Source of the DNA: Bacteroidota bacterium
Lineage (GTDB): Bacteria > Bacteroidota > Bacteroidia > Flavobacteriales_D > Sanyastnellaceae
Direction: 5' to 3'
Length of the DNA stretch: 64,000 nt
Assembly (NCBI GenBank): GCA_002746975.1
Contig: NVXE01000001.1
Span: 44,013-108,012 of the forward strand
Below the pieces are notes generated by a model. The model saw only the letters and a list, made by a program, of their open reading frames with translations. It searched no databases and was not told the origin of the DNA. The position numbers were made by a program, and so were the translations under genes. Positions 46,064 through 55,169 of the stretch are shown one piece after another. Position 1 is the first letter of the stretch. Every line of letters starts with the position of its first letter.

Positions 46064-46489
46064 TTACTTACTAGCAATAGTTTTCACATTGTAACTGATC
46101 ATAATGATCAATGGAATTGCATATGCAATATGTCTTAAAAAGGTAATTAATGGCATCATTGGAGATGCATCTAAACCTGCTACACCTGCACCCAAAAGAG
46201 GCAGCATAAATAGCCATACTAAAGCAACCATTTCAGCAGTTACAAAAATTAAAGCTCTTCCCCATTTAGGCCCCCAAAGTGAGGATTCTAATCCTGCAAA
46301 TAAAATTGCCAATAATATACCATTTCCATAGTGCCCTCCAATTCCGTAAGCCAATCCCAATCCTGTTTTTGCACCAAGAAGTGCTGGAATGTCCCACCAA
46401 TTTCCAGTTAATAATAATCCTGCTATATCAAATAAAATTGTTCCTAGTACTCCTGCTATAATCGCTGTTTTCCAATTTATTGTTTTCAT
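46064..46489 (-). CDS. Hypothetical small membrane protein (4 TM helices)
   Basis: 141 aa with four hydrophobic helices. No family recognised. Confidence 0.55.
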   Translation of the reverse strand: MKTINWKTAIIAGVLGTILFDIAGLLLTGNWWDIPALLGAKTGLGLAYGIGGHYGNGILLAILFAGLESSLWGPKWGRALIFVTAEMVALVWLFMLPLLGAGVAGLDASPMMPLITFLRHIAYAIPLIIMISYNVKTIASK

Positions 46490-46957
46490 AATTTCTGTTG
46501 TTTACTTGTTAATTTTTGAATTGTGTTAAATAGGAATGATTTCTTCTTCTATTCCATATTGTTCTTTTTGTAACATGCATCATATTCGAATTAAAATATG
46601 ATGGTTTTTCGTTTTGTTCAATTGCTATTTTCATTTTGGTTTGTTTTAAATTTTATTTCTAATTGTTTGTTGTTACGATGTGGTTTCTTTCAAAAGTCAT
46701 TCGAATTCTTCTGCTTGCTTCTGCAATTTCAAATGGACTTATTTGAGAGATATTACTGTCCTTATTTTTTATAGTTCTCACAATACTTGTTTTTAGTTGT
46801 AAACTTCATTGTTCAATTATGTTACAAAGTTGATAAGTATGGACCATCTAAAAGTTGTTATATGACCATGTTTTGAGTTGTCTAAACGAGGCTTTTGATA
46901 AGACATTGGGCACTATTGGTCACCCAATGCCTATCAACAATCAACAACCAACCAAAC

Positions 46958-47941
46958 TTATTTTATATTATTTTTTTCTAGGAAATTGAGTATGTAATTC
47001 GCAATCTCATCTCCCTTTTCTTCAAGAGCAAAATGTCCTGTGTCTAACAAATGGAATTCTAGATTCTCCAAGTCTCTTTTGTAAGGATGTGCACCTTCAG
47101 CTGGGAAAATATAATCGTTCTTTCCCCAGACAATCAATGTTGGTGGTTGGTGGTCTCTAAAGTATTGTTGCCATTCTGGATACAAAGGCACATTAGTTCT
47201 ATAATCATAAAACATGGCCAGTTGAATGTCATTATTCTCCTTGCGTGTCAAATGCTGCAAATCAATATGCCAGTTATCAGGACTTATATTTAAGGAATCT
47301 TGAACTCCGTGTGTGTACTGCCACTTTAAACCCGCCAAGGAATGAAACCCTTCTAATGGCTTCCCATTTTCAATGGTGTAATTGTTCCAGTACTTTCTAA
47401 TGGGATCCCAAAAATCTAGCAGCCCTTCATCATAGGCGTTTCCATTTTGAATGATTAAGGCATCTACCTTTTCAGGGTATTTAGCTGCTATTCTAAACCC
47501 TATCGGCGCGCCATAATCCATCAAATAAATACTATATCTCTCAACCTTCAATTCATTCAAGAACCCTTCTACTATTGCAGACATATTATCAAAGGTGTAC
47601 TCAAAATCTTTTATCAATGGCTGTTCACTTCTCCCAAACCCTGGATAATCAGGGGCCAACACATGATACTGTACAGACAAGTCTGTTATTAAATTTCGAA
47701 ACATATGTGAAGATGTTGGGTATCCATGTAATAATAGAATAGTTGGCTTGTTACTATCTCCAGCTTCTCTATAAAAAACATCTACACCATTTACGTTTAC
47801 TGTATTATGATACGTGGGGTTGGATTGTACTTTTACTGTTTTTATAGGTTCATATTCCGTCACATCTGTGAATGCCATTGTTCCCAAGAAAATTATGGCC
47901 AAAACTGTACTCCCAATTATTGTTTTTGTTTGTGTTATCAT
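46958..47941 (-). CDS. Alpha/beta hydrolase (epoxide hydrolase/dehalogenase-like) with N-terminal signal/anchor
   Basis: HGYPTSSHMFR motif and nucleophile context LMDYGAPIG. Confidence 0.78.
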   Translation of the reverse strand: MITQTKTIIGSTVLAIIFLGTMAFTDVTEYEPIKTVKVQSNPTYHNTVNVNGVDVFYREAGDSNKPTILLLHGYPTSSHMFRNLITDLSVQYHVLAPDYPGFGRSEQPLIKDFEYTFDNMSAIVEGFLNELKVERYSIYLMDYGAPIGFRIAAKYPEKVDALIIQNGNAYDEGLLDFWDPIRKYWNNYTIENGKPLEGFHSLAGLKWQYTHGVQDSLNISPDNWHIDLQHLTRKENNDIQLAMFYDYRTNVPLYPEWQQYFRDHQPPTLIVWGKNDYIFPAEGAHPYKRDLENLEFHLLDTGHFALEEKGDEIANYILNFLEKNNIK

Positions 47942-48033
47942 TATTCCTGATTTTTATTTTTGATTTATTTTGTTTGGTTTAAATTTCCTGAGTCCGACTT
48001 CTTATTTTTATCGAACTCAGGTTTTTTGTTTCA

Positions 48034-48588
48034 TTATGCTTCTTGTACTTCTTCGATAAATTTTGCCTTTGGAAAATCAATTTCAAAATCGCCATTTAAG
48101 AATACTGTATTCGTAATTATTGTGAGTGAAACTATTCCCAATACTTCAACAAATGCAGCCTTAGAATATCCAGCTTCAAAGAAGTTAGTGATAGCTTCAT
48201 CAGATGCTTTTCCTTTTTTATCAGCCAACTCACTAGCCAATAGTACTAAGGCATTTAATTTGGAATCTGCTACAGCATTATTTCTAATATCTAAAGTCTC
48301 TTCTTCTGAAAATCCATTCATTTTACCAATAGCAGTGTGCGCTGATAAACAGTACCCACAAGCATTCACTTGCGATGTTGCCAAAGCCACGGCTTCATAT
48401 TCCTTAGCAGAAAGTTCTCCGCTTTTTAAAGTTTCAGTAAAGCCTAAAAAGCCACCCAATAATTTATCTGACACGCCCATAGCCGCATACAAGTTTGGTA
48501 GCATTCCTACTTTACTTTTTACATTGTTAAAAATTACTTGTGCATTTGTGTTTGCTTCTTCTAAGCTCAACGGTTTTAATATTTCCAT
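48034..48588 (-). CDS. Carboxymuconolactone decarboxylase (AhpD-like) family protein
   Basis: 184 aa with a CxxC in the context SQVNACGYCLSAH. Confidence 0.8.
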   Translation of the reverse strand: MEILKPLSLEEANTNAQVIFNNVKSKVGMLPNLYAAMGVSDKLLGGFLGFTETLKSGELSAKEYEAVALATSQVNACGYCLSAHTAIGKMNGFSEEETLDIRNNAVADSKLNALVLLASELADKKGKASDEAITNFFEAGYSKAAFVEVLGIVSLTIITNTVFLNGDFEIDFPKAKFIEEVQEA

Positions 48589-48620
48589 ACTATTTGTTTA
48601 TAATAATTAATACTATTTGT

Positions 48621-49028
48621 TTAAAATTTTCTTTCTGATACTTTTATCTTGATGTCATTAGCGCTCATATCCCTCTTTTGCATTAGGCCTTCGCTATTAA
48701 ACTCCCAATGTTCGTTACCATGAGTTCTGAACCATTGTTTAGTAGTTGCGTCTTGCCATTCATATTCAAACCGAACAGAAATTTTATTATCTGTATAGGA
48801 CCATAATTCCTTCTTCAATTTGTAATGCAATTCTTTACTCCATTTGTTGGTCAAAAATTCAACTATTGCTTCCCTTCCTTTGAAGAAATTATCTCTATTT
48901 CTCCATTCAGAATCTATGGTATACGCCAAAGAGACTTTTTCAGGATTTGTGCTGTTCCAAGCATTTTCTGCTGCCTGCACTTTTGCTTCTGCTGTTTCCT
49001 TTGAAAAAGGAGGTATGATTTTTTTCAT
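48621..49028 (-). CDS. DUF1348 / NTF2-like (SnoaL-fold) protein
   Basis: 135 aa. Blocks AENAWNSTNPEKVSLAYT and SVRFEYEWQD...WFRTHGNEHWEF match what I recall of DUF1348. Confidence 0.68.
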   Translation of the reverse strand: MKKIIPPFSKETAEAKVQAAENAWNSTNPEKVSLAYTIDSEWRNRDNFFKGREAIVEFLTNKWSKELHYKLKKELWSYTDNKISVRFEYEWQDATTKQWFRTHGNEHWEFNSEGLMQKRDMSANDIKIKVSERKF

Positions 49029-49043
49029 ATTTCAATTTAATGA

Positions 49044-49057
49044 ACAGACAAGTCTGT
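49044..49057. promoter_or_regulatory. Inverted repeat ACAGACAAGTCTGT (copy 1), 16 bp upstream of the DUF1348 ATG
   Basis: Read directly from the sequence: 6-bp arms ACAGAC/GTCTGT with a 2-bp spacer. Confidence 0.55.
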
Positions 49058-49108
49058 TTTTATTATTCAATGAATTATTCAATTATTTCAAGTTTTTCAC
49101 ATTACCAT

Positions 49109-49122
49109 ACAGACAAGTCTGT
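49109..49122. promoter_or_regulatory. Inverted repeat ACAGACAAGTCTGT (copy 2), 27 bp downstream of the tetR stop
   Basis: Read directly from the sequence. Identical to copy 1. Confidence 0.55.
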
Positions 49123-49149
49123 TTTTTTAATTCAAATAAAAAGTCGTAC

Positions 49150-49710
49150 TTAATTTAACAACCTTACACATGCTCGTTTTGCAATTTTTATGGGCCATTC
49201 ATTCTTTTGTATTTGCGAAAGGATAATTGCTCCCTCTATAAGTATCAAAATTTCGTCTCCCAAATCAACAGCTTCATTAACGCTATATCTTTCTTCTTCC
49301 TTTAATATAGTATGAATCCAATTTCTAAACTCATTCTTATGCAAAATTGCTTGGTCTCTTATTTTAGTATGGTCATTCGGTAAATCTGTTATGATGTTTT
49401 GCCATCCACAACCTCTATAATCAACTTCCTTTAACCATTCACTTAAATAATCAAAACAGCCTACAATTTTTCCTTTTTCATGACTATTTCTTGATATGCA
49501 GTCATTTAATTTCCCCATCCACATCGTATGCCGTCCAGTTAAATAAGCCACTGCAATATCTTCTTTTGATCTAAAATGTTGATACAAGCTAGCCTTGGCT
49601 ACTCCTGCTTCTTCAATGATTTGATTTATTCCAGTTTGGTTATACCCATTAAAATAAAACAATCTAGAAGCAGTTTCTATGATTCTTTCCCTGACACCTA
49701 ATTTTTTCAT
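49150..49710 (-). CDS. TetR/AcrR-family transcriptional regulator
   Basis: N-terminal HTH RIIETASRLFYFNGYNQTGINQIIEEAGVAKASLYQHF. Confidence 0.85.
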   Translation of the reverse strand: MKKLGVRERIIETASRLFYFNGYNQTGINQIIEEAGVAKASLYQHFRSKEDIAVAYLTGRHTMWMGKLNDCISRNSHEKGKIVGCFDYLSEWLKEVDYRGCGWQNIITDLPNDHTKIRDQAILHKNEFRNWIHTILKEEERYSVNEAVDLGDEILILIEGAIILSQIQKNEWPIKIAKRACVRLLN

Positions 49711-49740
49711 CGTTCAAATATATAAATTATTATTCACCAA

Positions 49741-49754
49741 ACAGACAGGTCTGT
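49741..49754. promoter_or_regulatory. Inverted repeat ACAGACAGGTCTGT (copy 3), 31 bp upstream of the tetR ATG
   Basis: Read directly from the sequence. Same arms as copies 1 and 2, with spacer AG instead of AA. Confidence 0.55.
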
Positions 49755-49905
49755 ATGTATTTACCATTTCTTTAACATTTCTGCTGACGAATATTAAAGA
49801 AGTCGATATCACAAAAAGGAATACAAGGAACCTAAATACCAGCAATGGAATGGAGTCATATAGTACCAACCAGCATAATTATTGAAGGATATAGGAATAT
49901 TAAAC

Positions 49906-49939
49906 AAAAAAAAGTAATGCAATTGCATTACTTTTTTTT
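49906..49939. terminator. Bidirectional rho-independent terminator
   Basis: Perfect 18-bp palindrome GTAATGCAATTGCATTAC flanked by A8 and T8. Lies ~70 nt downstream of the Gfo/Idh/MocA gene stop. Confidence 0.8.
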
Positions 49940-50003
49940 GTTTTGAGACAAGTTGTCTCTTTTGCTTCAAATGGTCATCTTCTCCGACCATGTATTTATT
50001 AAA

Positions 50004-51341
50004 CTATACGTTATTTGGTACCTCAAATCCTTCACGATATTTTCGTGTAAGCATTTTATCTGCCTCAGCATCGTTTATAAAAGTTTCTGATTTCGGATTA
50101 AAGGTCAATACACGGTCCAGTCTGTATGCAATATTACCAAGATGTGCCAATCCTGAAGAAAGATGAGCAGTTTCAACGGGGCCATTGAGTATGCTTTTAT
50201 CATGCTTACGAACCGCTTCAATAAAATTGGTGAAATGGCCAACAGTACCACCAGCACCCCTGTCCATTCCAGTTCCAGACGGTCCACCATCTTCACCTGA
50301 TTTACCAGGTGTTCTATCTTTTCCTAAAAACGTTTTATATTTATCGTAGCCTTCCACTACCATTATTCCTTTATCGCCATAGAAAATATTTCCGACAGTG
50401 GCACCATCTTCAGTGTTGGTACACCAAGGTCGGACTTCAAACTGTATAATTTTACCTTCATCAGGATACTTATATATTGAGGTAAGGACCTCAGGAACCT
50501 CTTTACAATCGTCCCAAAGAAATTTTCCGCCCATAGAGGTAATTTTTGTAGGAAGTCCAACATCTAATCCCCACATACATAAATCGGTTTCATGAATGCC
50601 TTGATTGCCCACATCGCCATTTCCATAATCCCAATGCCAATGCCAATTGTAGTGCACTAGATTTCTTGTGAAGGGACGTTTTGGGGCAGGTCCAGTCCAT
50701 AATTCATAATCAATTCCATTTGGAACCGCAGAGAATCCCTGATCACCAATATCTCCCCTCCAACGAAAAACAAGACCACGAGCCATATAAACTTTCCCTA
50801 TATATCCATTGCGTAGCAAATCTATAGCTTCATTAATAGCTGGCGAACTTCTTAATTGAACACCATGTTGAACTATACGATCGTATTTTTCCGCAGCCTC
50901 AACCATTTTACGTCCTTCCCAAATGTTGTGAGAACCTGGTTTTTCTACATAAACATCCTTACCTGCTTGGCAAGCCCATATTACGGAAAGTGCATGCCAA
51001 TGGTTTGGCGAAGCAATACTTATGACATCAATATCCTTATCGTCTATAACCCGACGAAGATCTTGTTCTAACCCAACATCCTTATTATACGTTTCTTTAA
51101 AAGATTTTTGACGGTCAATTAACAAATTCATATCAGGGTCACATAAGGTTTTAATCCTAACATTATCTTGTGCCATAAAACTTTTAATATGACTTTTTCC
51201 ACGCCCATTAACGCCCAAAACGGCAGCATTAATGCGGTCATTTGCTCCAAAGACTTTAGCTGAAATAATAGTTGGTGCCGCAATTACAGCTGATCCGGCC
51301 ACAGCAGTCCTTTTTAAAAAAGATCTTCTCGATGATTGCAT
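50004..51341 (-). CDS. Gfo/Idh/MocA-family oxidoreductase with twin-arginine (Tat) signal
   Basis: N-terminal MQSSRRSFLKRTAVAGSAVIAAP followed by the Rossmann-type GVNGRGKSH. 445 aa. Confidence 0.83.
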   Translation of the reverse strand: MQSSRRSFLKRTAVAGSAVIAAPTIISAKVFGANDRINAAVLGVNGRGKSHIKSFMAQDNVRIKTLCDPDMNLLIDRQKSFKETYNKDVGLEQDLRRVIDDKDIDVISIASPNHWHALSVIWACQAGKDVYVEKPGSHNIWEGRKMVEAAEKYDRIVQHGVQLRSSPAINEAIDLLRNGYIGKVYMARGLVFRWRGDIGDQGFSAVPNGIDYELWTGPAPKRPFTRNLVHYNWHWHWDYGNGDVGNQGIHETDLCMWGLDVGLPTKITSMGGKFLWDDCKEVPEVLTSIYKYPDEGKIIQFEVRPWCTNTEDGATVGNIFYGDKGIMVVEGYDKYKTFLGKDRTPGKSGEDGGPSGTGMDRGAGGTVGHFTNFIEAVRKHDKSILNGPVETAHLSSGLAHLGNIAYRLDRVLTFNPKSETFINDAEADKMLTRKYREGFEVPNNV

Positions 51342-51708
51342 AATTTTATTTTTGGTTTAACTTAGAATCTGGTTGATACTGGCATTCCCTTTATTTAATT
51401 GTTTTGTGATACTAAAAATTGATTTATTGTTTTAAAAACGGAAGTGATTTTTTTTACCAAAATTGTTCTATCCCTGTAAGTTAAGGAATATTTTTTACCC
51501 GTTAACGTTAACGAAAAGTTAATTCAAAAATTCTGCTAAATACATTCCCCCTAAGCCTGCACTATTAATAATTCTCTTTCTTTGAGATTCCTTTATACAT
51601 AAGGCCCTTTAGGGCTATAAGCTTTGTTTAAAAATCTTTCAAACCACTCATATATCGTCCAGGATAAATTGTAGGGATTCTATTGTGTATCAGTATTTGT
51701 TGCAAAAC

Positions 51709-51740
51709 AAAAAAGGCTCCCGATTTCTCGGAAGCCTTTT
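51709..51740 (-). terminator. Rho-independent terminator downstream of tRNA-Val(TAC)
   Basis: Stem GGCTCCCGA / TCGGAAGCC (one mismatch) with loop TTTC. On the minus strand it is followed by TTTTTTGTTTT. Confidence 0.6.
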
Positions 51741-51749
51741 ATCATTCTG

Positions 51750-51824
51750 TGGGCGCTGAGGGGTTCGAACCCCCGACCCCCTCGGTGTAAACGAGGTGCT
51801 CTGAACCAGCTGAGCTAAGCGCCC
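51750..51824 (-). tRNA. tRNA-Val (anticodon TAC)
   Basis: The reverse complement has acceptor GGGCGCT/AGCGCCC, D-arm GCTCAGCTGGTTCAGAGC, anticodon stem CCTCG/CGAGG with loop TTTACAC, and T-loop GGTTCGAACCC. CCA is not encoded. Confidence 0.95.
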
Positions 51825-51854
51825 CAACTATATCGCCGTTTAAATTAGCGAGTG

Positions 51855-51862
51855 CAAATATA
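51855..51862 (-). promoter_or_regulatory. Candidate Bacteroidota -7 box TATATTTG upstream of tRNA-Val(TAC)
   Basis: The minus strand reads TATATTTG, an exact TAnnTTTG match, ~30 nt upstream of the mature tRNA 5' end. A TTTTGG lies about 18 nt further upstream. Confidence 0.35.
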
Positions 51863-51901
51863 GTATAGTTTTTATATACCCAAAAGAAAAAAGAGAAAAA
51901 T

Positions 51902-53113
51902 TCACACAACTTCTGCCACTACAAAGGTGCTACCTCCAATATATACAAAGTCATTAGATGTGGTATTTTTTAGTGCGGCCTTATATGCATCAGAAACCGA
52001 ATCATATTTTGCCCCTTTTAATCCATATTCATTTGCCCTATTTTTTAATTTTTCAACCTCTAAGCCTCTAGGCACATTGGGTTTGCAAAAATAATAAATG
52101 GCTTCCTTCGGGAACAGATGCAGGACAGCATCCAAATCTTTATCATTTACAAAACCTAAAACGATATGAAGCGTTTGGTATTTTTGTTTTAATAGCTGTC
52201 TCATAACAATTGACAAGCCTTCTTTATTATGTGCCGTATCACAAACAACATTTGGGTTTTCTTGTAGTATTTGCCATCTACCCATTAACCCAGTATTCTG
52301 GACTACCCTATTTAATCCTCTTTTTATATGCTCATCACTTACTTTAAAATCTTTCAATTCTATCAAAGTTGCTATTACTCCTTTTACATTTTTAGCTTGA
52401 TAATCCCCTAAAATCGAGGTCTTATATTCCTTTTTAATCTCTTTACTGGCAAAAACAATTTTAGCACTTCTCTCTTTCGCGATATTCTGAAATAACATGG
52501 CATTCTCTTCTTGATACTCACTAATCACCACAGGAACCTTATTTTTTATGATTCCGCCTTTTTCCAATGTAATTTTTTCTAAGGTATCGCCAAGCAGATC
52601 CATATGGTCATATCCTATATTGGTAATCAAGGAAACTTCCGGAACAATGATATTGGTAGAGTCTAACCGTCCTCCTAAACCAACTTCAATAATAGCAATA
52701 TCCACTTTCTTTTTTGCAAAATAATCAAATGCCATACCCACGGACATTTCAAAAAAAGACATGCCGAACCTATCTATAAAAACTTTATTGTCACTAATAA
52801 AATCAATGACAAACTTTTCACTAATGGGTTGCCCATTTATCTTAATACGCTCTCTATAATCTTTTAAATGTGGGGAAGTATATAAACCAACCGTATACCC
52901 GGCCTCTTGTAGTATTGATGCCAGCATATGACTACTGGAACCTTTACCATTGGTCCCTGCTACATGTATGCTTTTAAATTTTTCCTCTGGATTTTCTAAA
53001 TGGGAAGCAAAAGATTTAATATTATCTAGCTTTCCTGTGAAAGCTGTTTTTCCTTTTTGCTGATACATTGGAAGTTGACTAAACATCCATTCCAATGTTT
53101 TTTTATAAGTCAT
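51902..53113 (-). CDS. folC: Bifunctional folylpolyglutamate synthase / dihydrofolate synthase
   Basis: Mur-ligase-type P-loop HVAGTNGKGSS and a FolC layout. 403 aa. Confidence 0.9.
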   Translation of the reverse strand: MTYKKTLEWMFSQLPMYQQKGKTAFTGKLDNIKSFASHLENPEEKFKSIHVAGTNGKGSSSHMLASILQEAGYTVGLYTSPHLKDYRERIKINGQPISEKFVIDFISDNKVFIDRFGMSFFEMSVGMAFDYFAKKKVDIAIIEVGLGGRLDSTNIIVPEVSLITNIGYDHMDLLGDTLEKITLEKGGIIKNKVPVVISEYQEENAMLFQNIAKERSAKIVFASKEIKKEYKTSILGDYQAKNVKGVIATLIELKDFKVSDEHIKRGLNRVVQNTGLMGRWQILQENPNVVCDTAHNKEGLSIVMRQLLKQKYQTLHIVLGFVNDKDLDAVLHLFPKEAIYYFCKPNVPRGLEVEKLKNRANEYGLKGAKYDSVSDAYKAALKNTTSNDFVYIGGSTFVVAEVV

Positions 53114-53116
53114 TTG

Positions 53117-54025
53117 TTATTCGCCTAATTTAAAATTGACTTTCACAAAACCTACTTGCTCATTTGGTGCTTTAGAATCAAAATTCCACTTATGAAGAAA
53201 TGCGGTTTTTCTTGCGGGTTCTAAAAGACAGGCGCTATTGTTTGTTGTCCCTCTAACGCCGGGAGTAGCACTAATTACTTTTCCATTTCTATCTACCACG
53301 ATTTTCACCACAACAATTCCTTCCTGATTACACTCTTGTCGTACTTTTCCTTTGTTAACCAAAGACCTGCCACCAAGACCGTATCCTCCAGTACCATTTC
53401 CAGCACCAGGACTTCCATAATAACTAGCCGCATAGGGATCACCATCTTGTTGTCCTTTGTCACCAGCTTTAGCATTATCATCTCCTTCACTTCCTGAAGC
53501 CGTGCCATCAGATTTGTTAAGTCCGCCCATCAAAGCATCAAGTTTATTTTTCTTTGCTTCCTGCTCGTTTTTTAACTTTTGCTCAGCATCACGCTTTTCC
53601 TTTGCTTTCCTATCAGCTTCAGCTTTTGCTTTCTTAGCCGCATTATCAGCCTTACGTTTTGCCTCTTGTTGTTGTTTGATTAAGATGGATTCTTCACTTT
53701 CTTGTGTCAGCACTTTTTCAGTGGGCTCGTTGCTAACAACTTCTTCCTCTATCACTTCTTCTTGAACCTCTTGAACTTCTTCTACTTTTTCCTCTTGTGG
53801 AGTAGGTTCAACTGGAGTATTATTAGGCTGTGATTGTATTTTTTCTTTGGGCTGTACTTGACCACTTCCAAAATCTGTTGTTCCAAAATTTACAGTAATT
53901 CCATTCTCTATTGGTGGATCCATATAGGTAAGGCCTATATAAAAAAGCAATAGCAATAATGCACTTAACAAAGCTGTTGTAAGTGTAAAGGATTTTTTCT
54001 CGTGTCTCGTGTTTAAAAATGCCAT
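53117..54025 (-). CDS. tonB: Energy transducer TonB
   Basis: N-terminal anchor helix, then Pro/Glu/Lys-rich and Gly-rich linkers, then a TonB C-terminal domain (GIVVVKIVVDRNGKV...). Its ATG overlaps the exbD stop (TAATG). Confidence 0.8.
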   Translation of the reverse strand: MAFLNTRHEKKSFTLTTALLSALLLLLFYIGLTYMDPPIENGITVNFGTTDFGSGQVQPKEKIQSQPNNTPVEPTPQEEKVEEVQEVQEEVIEEEVVSNEPTEKVLTQESEESILIKQQQEAKRKADNAAKKAKAEADRKAKEKRDAEQKLKNEQEAKKNKLDALMGGLNKSDGTASGSEGDDNAKAGDKGQQDGDPYAASYYGSPGAGNGTGGYGLGGRSLVNKGKVRQECNQEGIVVVKIVVDRNGKVISATPGVRGTTNNSACLLEPARKTAFLHKWNFDSKAPNEQVGFVKVNFKLGE

Positions 54026-54411
54026 TATTGGGGTCGCACCGCCAAAATAACCTTATAATTGTTTCTATTGGCAATATCCATAACGCTAACGGCCTCTTTA
54101 ATGGCCACGCTTTCTTCTGCCCTAAGAATAATGGTAGGCTTCTCTTGACCTTCCAGTGCTTTTTTTAATTCAATTTCAATATACGCTGCGTTAATTCTTT
54201 CATTGTTTACAAAATACTCCAGATTCTTGTTTATACTTACTGAAACATTTTGCGTATTAGTTGATTTTCCTTTTGCTTTTGGCAATAACAAATCCAAAGC
54301 ATTGGGAGCATTGGATGTCAGCATAAAAAAGACCAACAACAGAAAAACAATATCTGTCATTGATGACATGCTAAAGTCTGGACTTACTTTATTTCTACCT
54401 TTTAATTTCAT
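54025..54411 (-). CDS. exbD: Biopolymer transporter ExbD/TolR
   Basis: 128 aa. The N-terminus DFSMSSMTDIVFLLLVFFM is typical of ExbD. Confidence 0.85.
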   Translation of the reverse strand: MKLKGRNKVSPDFSMSSMTDIVFLLLVFFMLTSNAPNALDLLLPKAKGKSTNTQNVSVSINKNLEYFVNNERINAAYIEIELKKALEGQEKPTIILRAEESVAIKEAVSVMDIANRNNYKVILAVRPQ

Positions 54412-54420
54412 ACTTCCAAA

Positions 54421-55113
54421 TTAAAGAGGTTCGTTTAATAAGTCAAGAAAATCAACTGCATTGGCTTCCATCTTATGGATAACCTTATCTGTTCTGTTCA
54501 CCAAATGGTTATATCCAATATATGCTATAATACCAACTACCAAACCAGCAGCAGTGGTTGTCATGGCTGTATAAATACCACTTGCCAAAGTTCCCATTTC
54601 TGCTTGTCCGCCACTACTTGCCATTTCATGGAATGCCAAAATCATGCCAATTACCGTCCCTAAGAAACCAATCATAGGAGCAGCACCGGCAACAGTGGCC
54701 AAGATGCTTACATTTTTCTCAAGCTTGTATACTTCTAAAGTTCCGGCATTTTCTATTGCCGTATTGATATCATCCAATGGTTTTCCTATTCTGGAAATTC
54801 CTTTTTCAGTCAACCTAGCAACAGGGGAATCAGTTTGTGCGCACAAAATTTTAGCAGCTTCCAATTTTCCATTCATTACATGATCACGGATTTGGTTCAT
54901 GAAATTTTCATCGATTTTTGAAGCAGCTTTTATAGCAAAAACTCTTTCAAAATAGATATATAGTGCAACAAACAACAGCACAAATAATATTGATATAATG
55001 ATAATACTACCTGCACCTCCATTTACTATTAAATCAACAACCGATAAGGTTTTCTCTTCAGATAGTGCATCACCCAACTGGGCTTCATCAGTGAGGTCTT
55101 GAAACAATGACAT
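54421..55113 (-). CDS. exbB: MotA/TolQ/ExbB proton-channel protein
   Basis: 230 aa with three TM helices and the conserved block APMIGFLGTVIGMILAF. Confidence 0.85.
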   Translation of the reverse strand: MSLFQDLTDEAQLGDALSEEKTLSVVDLIVNGGAGSIIIISILFVLLFVALYIYFERVFAIKAASKIDENFMNQIRDHVMNGKLEAAKILCAQTDSPVARLTEKGISRIGKPLDDINTAIENAGTLEVYKLEKNVSILATVAGAAPMIGFLGTVIGMILAFHEMASSGGQAEMGTLASGIYTAMTTTAAGLVVGIIAYIGYNHLVNRTDKVIHKMEANAVDFLDLLNEPL

Positions 55114-55169
55114 ATTTTAGCTTATTAAAGTTGCCTTAATAACGATATAATATCGATTAAATTATGTGG

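Noticed and set aside
47960-48610. A 216-aa plus-strand ORF completely overlapping the AhpD-like gene.
   Set aside because: The minus-strand frame has a clear family signature (CGYCLSAH). The plus-strand translation is low-complexity Ser/Phe/Ala-rich with no motif, which is typical of a shadow ORF opposite a real gene.
49809-49991. A 60-aa minus-strand ORF and the overlapping 68-aa plus-strand ORF (49679..49885) between tetR and the Gfo/Idh/MocA gene.
   Set aside because: Both translations are motif-free. The minus-strand ORF runs through the strong bidirectional terminator palindrome. The plus-strand one overlaps the tetR start and its operator. They are unlikely to be coding.
28814-51824. 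The idea that the ~22 kb stress/detox block is a genomic island integrated at the 3' end of tRNA-Val(TAC).
   Set aside because: There is no integrase, no direct repeat of the tRNA 3' end and no mobility genes. I saw no obvious compositional break on reading.
53300-53800. Repetitive, low-complexity DNA that could be mistaken for a repeat array or CRISPR.
   Set aside because: It is the Lys/Glu/Ala-rich and Gly-rich linker of TonB, in frame within a clear ORF. There is no repeat-spacer periodicity.
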